Below, piece after piece: positions 7,701 to 11,354 of a stretch of DNA of 11,354 nucleotides (within the stretch, counting starts at the first letter, position 1; each line of letters opens with the position of its first letter). The notes beneath the pieces were generated by a model, which searched no databases, was not told where the DNA came from, and saw nothing but the letters and a program-made list of their open reading frames with translations. The position numbers and the translations under genes are program-made. Source of the DNA: Azolla caroliniana. Lineage: Eukaryota; Plantae; Polypodiophyta. The stretch covers positions 1 through 11,354 of the forward strand of contig JBHGNT010001162.1 in assembly GCA_043228905.1 (NCBI GenBank). Reading direction: 5' to 3'.

Positions 7701-10700
7701 GTTAAGTTAACTCTTCTTTTTCTTCTCCTCCTCTCATTTCTTGTACATTGATCTTCTCGTGTTTTTATCTCCATTTTTATGTCTTGCATCTGTGGAAGTA
7801 TATTTATACTAACCATGGTTTCTTCTTCTTTGTCACAGTTAATGTTTCAGCTGTGGAAATTCATTATACGAAGCATGCATTTTGCATTAGAAATACATGA
7901 TGCATCATACAAGCATGTGTTCTTTCATATTGAAGATTGAATAATTAGAAATACATTTTGCATTCCTATTGAAGATTGAATAATTAATACATGATGCATT
8001 AGAAATACAAGCATGTGTTCTTTCATAATGTTGCATTCCTTGGAAATACATCATGCATGCTTTTTGCATTAGACATGAGTACACTATGTATCATGAAAAC
8101 ATGTTTTATTATTATTATGTTGCATTCTTTGGAAAAATACATGATACACGGAAACCGGTATATACCATTCACGCATTTATTTTTGTCATAATGGTGTATT
8201 CTTTGAAAGAGACATCATACATGGAAATAAGTTATACATCATTAAAGCATGCATTTTTCTCACATGTGTATTCTTTGAAAGAGTCATTATACATGGAAAT
8301 GCATCATACACGCATCTGAGGATTTATTCAATGACGTTGTTTGCTGGTGCAGCCTTGGATCCAGCTCTTCAGATTTCTTTGAAGAGAGCAGTTGCAAAGA
8401 AAGCAGTGGAGCTTATCAAGCCAGGAATGATTGTTGGACTTGGAACTGGAAGCACAGCTTCTTTGGCTATAGAGGAGTTGGGTAAACTCATTCAACAAGG
8501 GAAGGTAAAAAATTATAACATTAGCAAGAGGGTATTTTTCTTGGCTTTAGGCGATTTTTTCAAAGGTCTAGTAGATCTCATGTTCCTATGTGAAAACCTT
8601 ATTTTTAACGTGGTAACAAAATGCCCCCAACTTCTGATGCGAAAGCCATCGAGCAAGAAACCTGTTTTATAGGTTTGTAATGTTCCTCAAGTTTCAATTT
8701 TCAATCAGAGGGATCAAATGCATTTCCGTGCTACTATTACATGCTACTGAATTTATCTTCTAAATATTGCAATGTATTTAAATTGCTGGTATTAGTGATG
8801 GAGGTCCCAGTAGTTGACCCTTTGTGCTTGCCTAGTCATCTTTGAACTTCCAGCATATCAAGGTGTATAACTCCAATCATCACGATAGGCCTTTATAAAT
8901 TGCTAATTCTTGATTGGTGCCAAGTGCAATGATGTGTCCTGCCTATAATCTCACCTTATACGGCTTCAGTCTGCCAGTTCCACTGCAAGGTGTTTTCCAT
9001 AGTCCTTGATGTATTCATTTATTTGCTGATGTTTTGGGGTAGCTAAAATATCGCCTTACAAAAGTCCTAATGCGTTGTACTGTTTTTTTGAGAAGAAATG
9101 TTTCACCTTTTATCGTTTTTGAACTGTAGCTAAAAGATGTGGTTGGAGTTGGAATGAGTTATCAGTCAAAGGTTCTGGCAAGGCAATTTGGTCTGAAAAC
9201 TGTAAGTATAGCATATTCCTCTTTTTTATCTATCCATTATCGTTCCATAAAACAATTTATGCCTATACAAGCTATCTCACCATGTGTGTGATCTTCTCTT
9301 TAATAGGCTGATCTAAATGATGTGAGCACAATCGACTTATCTTTTGATGGGGCAGATGAAGTAGATGCATCAATGAACTTAATAAAGGTTAGCAGTTCCA
9401 TATTCTGATATATACATGTTAACCTACTAGAGAATCATGAGATAAAGTAAATAATCAAATGCATATTTTCTGCTGTGGCCTTGTCTTAGCACTTTTAGCT
9501 ATATCTTTTTGGTACAGGGTGGAGGTGCTGCACATACTATGGCAAAAGTAAGAGAATTTTGCGTATTTCACTTTTTGGGTTGAATATATGTAGTGACAAA
9601 TTGTGAATGTTACCATTGTCTGTAATTACAGGTGGTTAATACTATGGCTAAGCAATGTATAATAATAGTAGACCAGTCAAAAATTGTTTCTGAACTTGGC
9701 ACAGCATTTCCAGTTACAGTGAGTGTTTAACATTTCTTATCAAATTCTGTTTTTGTTCCAGGCATCCTTTTGCATATTTTGTATGGATACGCAATAAATC
9801 TCATGCTCATTCATGAACACTTCTCTGTTCAGGTTGAAGTTCTTCCACCTGCAATTTTACCAGTTCTTCGCCAATTGGTTGCATTAGGGGGAGGTGATTT
9901 ATTCACTATATGAATTCTCTAAGTCTAATACTTTTCTTCATAGGCGATTGTTTGGTAATGATTGACTGTCGTAATATAAAATGCTCAATGCGTTTTTGTG
10001 GAGTACCTTGTTTGGGGACAATGTTCAACAGTGCTGTATTTCTTCCATATGCCATTCTGCAGAGATACATTCAATCATTGCAGTACTTGCTTGTGGAGCA
10101 GAGAGTCCCTAACCTTGAATTATACATTTGATAATGCCATGGAAATCCACTAGGTTCAGTATTTAGTCTATATGGGCATGTTTTTATTCGTGTTCTTTGA
10201 TGGCACTGTAAAATATTTTTATTAACATCTTACCCACTCTAGCTTTCTGTAAGTTAATTCTTAAGCTTTTGGTTTGAATTTGAAAAAGCTGTGTATAATT
10301 TTTCATTTTCCCTTTTAGAGCCTGAAATACGAAATGCTTTACGGAAAGATGGACCTGTAATCACAGACTTTGGGAACATGGTGGTAGATGTCAGGTATGT
10401 ATATGTATACACTTCCATTCTATCTGTAATTATATACTCATTTAAAGGAAGTAGATACTTAAGGAAAGGATGCTTTTAAAACAAGTGGAAAACCCCAAAA
10501 TGTGGGACTTTTTCTTTATTTCCCCAAATTCCCTCAGTCAACCCCTGAAGGAGCTCATCCATTTTTCTTTCTTTTGGGGGTTAATCATGTGCAGGACATA
10601 AACAAAAACTCAAGGGCATTTGAAGGAGAAAGAAAAATTTAGAGTTATTTTGTAGTTGCTCCCTTTAGATGATTAAAGTTGCATTGCAATAGAATCTCTT

Positions 10701-11354
10701 ATATCTTATATAAATGGTGATTGGATCATGTCCCATGCTATGGCAAATCACATTGTAGACTTGTCTGATGACTGTAGTGACATTGGTATCTTATTTTGTT
10801 TGGAATGGGCTTACCTTACTGGAATAGCTTTTCAGACAACTGAGGTTGTAGGTTTGAATCCTACTTTCACATATTTGCTACAGAATATGCAATTTCTCCT
10901 AAACTACAGACCACATAGGTGTATGAAAGTACCAATCTCAGGGTTTCCAAACAATTGGCATAGCCATCTCAACTAAGACCATATCAGCAATAAATATGAT
11001 ACCGATTGACATCAGTATCTCTTGCTGTTGTGTGCTCTCTGACTCAATATACAGATTAACATTGATACTATGGCTTTACAGATTTCCTGCAGCTATAAAG
11101 AATCCAGCAGAACTTGAGCGGGCAATTAATATGATTCCTGGAGTGGTTGAGAATGGTAATTAACTAACAAATCCATACCATTATATCTTGGGTTATCATA
11201 GAAATCTGTCGAAGCATGCAATGGAAAATTTTCATGGCTTTCCTGTTCATGTATTTTCAGGTCTTTTTGTTGGTGTAGCTGATTCTGTGTTTGTAGCTAC
11301 ACAAGATGGTGATGACATTGCAGTTGTAGAACTTGCCGAGTTTGTCAGAAGCTT
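7505..11354 (+). CDS. RPI: RpiA-family (ribose-5-phosphate isomerase A-like) protein, probably plastid-targeted; 10 exons, 3' end runs off the window
   Basis: Exons 7505-7700, 8353-8504, 9130-9201, 9307-9387, 9518-9547, 9632-9718, 9833-9893, 10319-10394, 11082-11155 and 11261->11354 have GT..AG introns with matching phases and join into 307 stop-free codons. The product contains RpiA motifs GMIVGLGTGSTA, IDLSFDGADEVD, NLIKGGGAA, IVDQSK, VEVLP, GPVITDFGNMVVD and IPGVVENGLF. Confidence 0.95.
7855..8315. repeat. Degenerate mosaic repeat array in RPI-like intron 1
   Basis: Recurrent blocks TAGAAATACA, ATACAAGCATGTGTTCTTTCATA (x2), TATTGAAGATTGAATAATTA (x2) and GTGTATTCTTTGAAAGAG..ATACATGGAAAT (x2). 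Confidence 0.8.
8353..8504 (+). CDS. RPI-like exon 2
   Basis: tgcag|CC acceptor and AAG|gtaaaa donor; encodes LDPALQISLKRAVAKKAVELIKPGMIVGLGTGSTASLAIEELGKLIQQGK. Confidence 0.92.
9130..9201 (+). CDS. RPI-like exon 3
   Basis: tgtag| acceptor and |gtaagt donor; encodes LKDVVGVGMSYQSKVLARQFGLKT. Confidence 0.9.
9307..9387 (+). CDS. RPI-like exon 4
   Basis: aatag| acceptor and AAG|gttagc donor; encodes ADLNDVSTIDLSFDGADEVDASMNLIK. Confidence 0.93.
9518..9547 (+). CDS. RPI-like exon 5 (30-nt microexon)
   Basis: tacag| acceptor and |gtaaga donor; encodes GGGAAHTMAK, completing the KGGG motif. Confidence 0.92.
9632..9718 (+). CDS. RPI-like exon 6
   Basis: tacag| acceptor and |gtgagt donor; encodes VVNTMAKQCIIIVDQSKIVSELGTAFPVT. 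Confidence 0.92.
9833..9893 (+). CDS. RPI-like exon 7
   Basis: ttcag| acceptor and GAG|gtgatt donor (phase 1); encodes VEVLPPAILPVLRQLVALGG. Confidence 0.92.
10319..10394 (+). CDS. RPI-like exon 8
   Basis: ttttag| acceptor and CAG|gtatgt donor (phase 2); encodes (E)PEIRNALRKDGPVITDFGNMVVDV. Confidence 0.92.
11082..11155 (+). CDS. RPI-like exon 9
   Basis: tacag| acceptor and G|gtaat donor (phase 1); encodes (R)FPAAIKNPAELERAINMIPGVVEN. Confidence 0.92.
11261..11354 (+). CDS. RPI-like exon 10 (partial)
   Basis: ttttcag| acceptor; encodes (G)LFVGVADSVFVATQDGDDIAVVELAEFVRS, with no stop before the window end. Confidence 0.9.

Noticed and set aside
7045-7816. ORFs 7045..7593, 7363..7674, 7434..7751 and 7616..7816
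   Set aside because: Shadows of the pyrimidine-rich 5' UTR and of RPI-like exon 1.
8331-8672. ORF 8331..8672 as a stand-alone gene
   Set aside because: RpiA similarity stops at the AAG|GT donor at 8504, and the ATG at 8331 lies upstream of the 8352 acceptor.
9039-9129. Duplicate GTAGCTAAAA acceptor 87 nt upstream of RPI-like exon 3
   Set aside because: Only a 10-bp match with a poor pyrimidine tract; its use would introduce an in-frame TAG.
11349-11354. Window ends on AAGCTT (HindIII site)
   Set aside because: Chance or a library/assembly boundary, not a biological feature.

Overview
Eukaryotic nuclear DNA from a land plant (inferred from GT-AG introns, a plastid-transit-peptide-like N-terminus, and plant-type TEs and microsatellites). 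It holds two head-to-head spliced genes that the ORF track only catches in fragments. (1) + strand, 7505..>11354: a 10-exon ribose-5-phosphate isomerase A (RpiA)-family gene. It keeps GxGTGST, DGADE and KGGG but has Ala where the catalytic Glu (E. coli E103) should be. (2) - strand, 5727..<4036: a gene for a signal-peptide-bearing, six-cysteine JTB-like protein. Its expected transmembrane exon was not found in the window. The 1..4035 region, probably a long intron of gene 2, contains a 1032-bp non-autonomous hAT-type insertion (8-bp TSD, empty site reconstructable from a neighbouring tandem duplication), a candidate 1.4-kb solo LTR (TG..CA, 5-bp TSD) and several local duplications. I see no CRISPR array, RNA gene or prokaryote-type system. 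The best lead is the probable RpiA pseudo-enzyme. Exon models and family assignments were made by eye and from memory, with no searches run.
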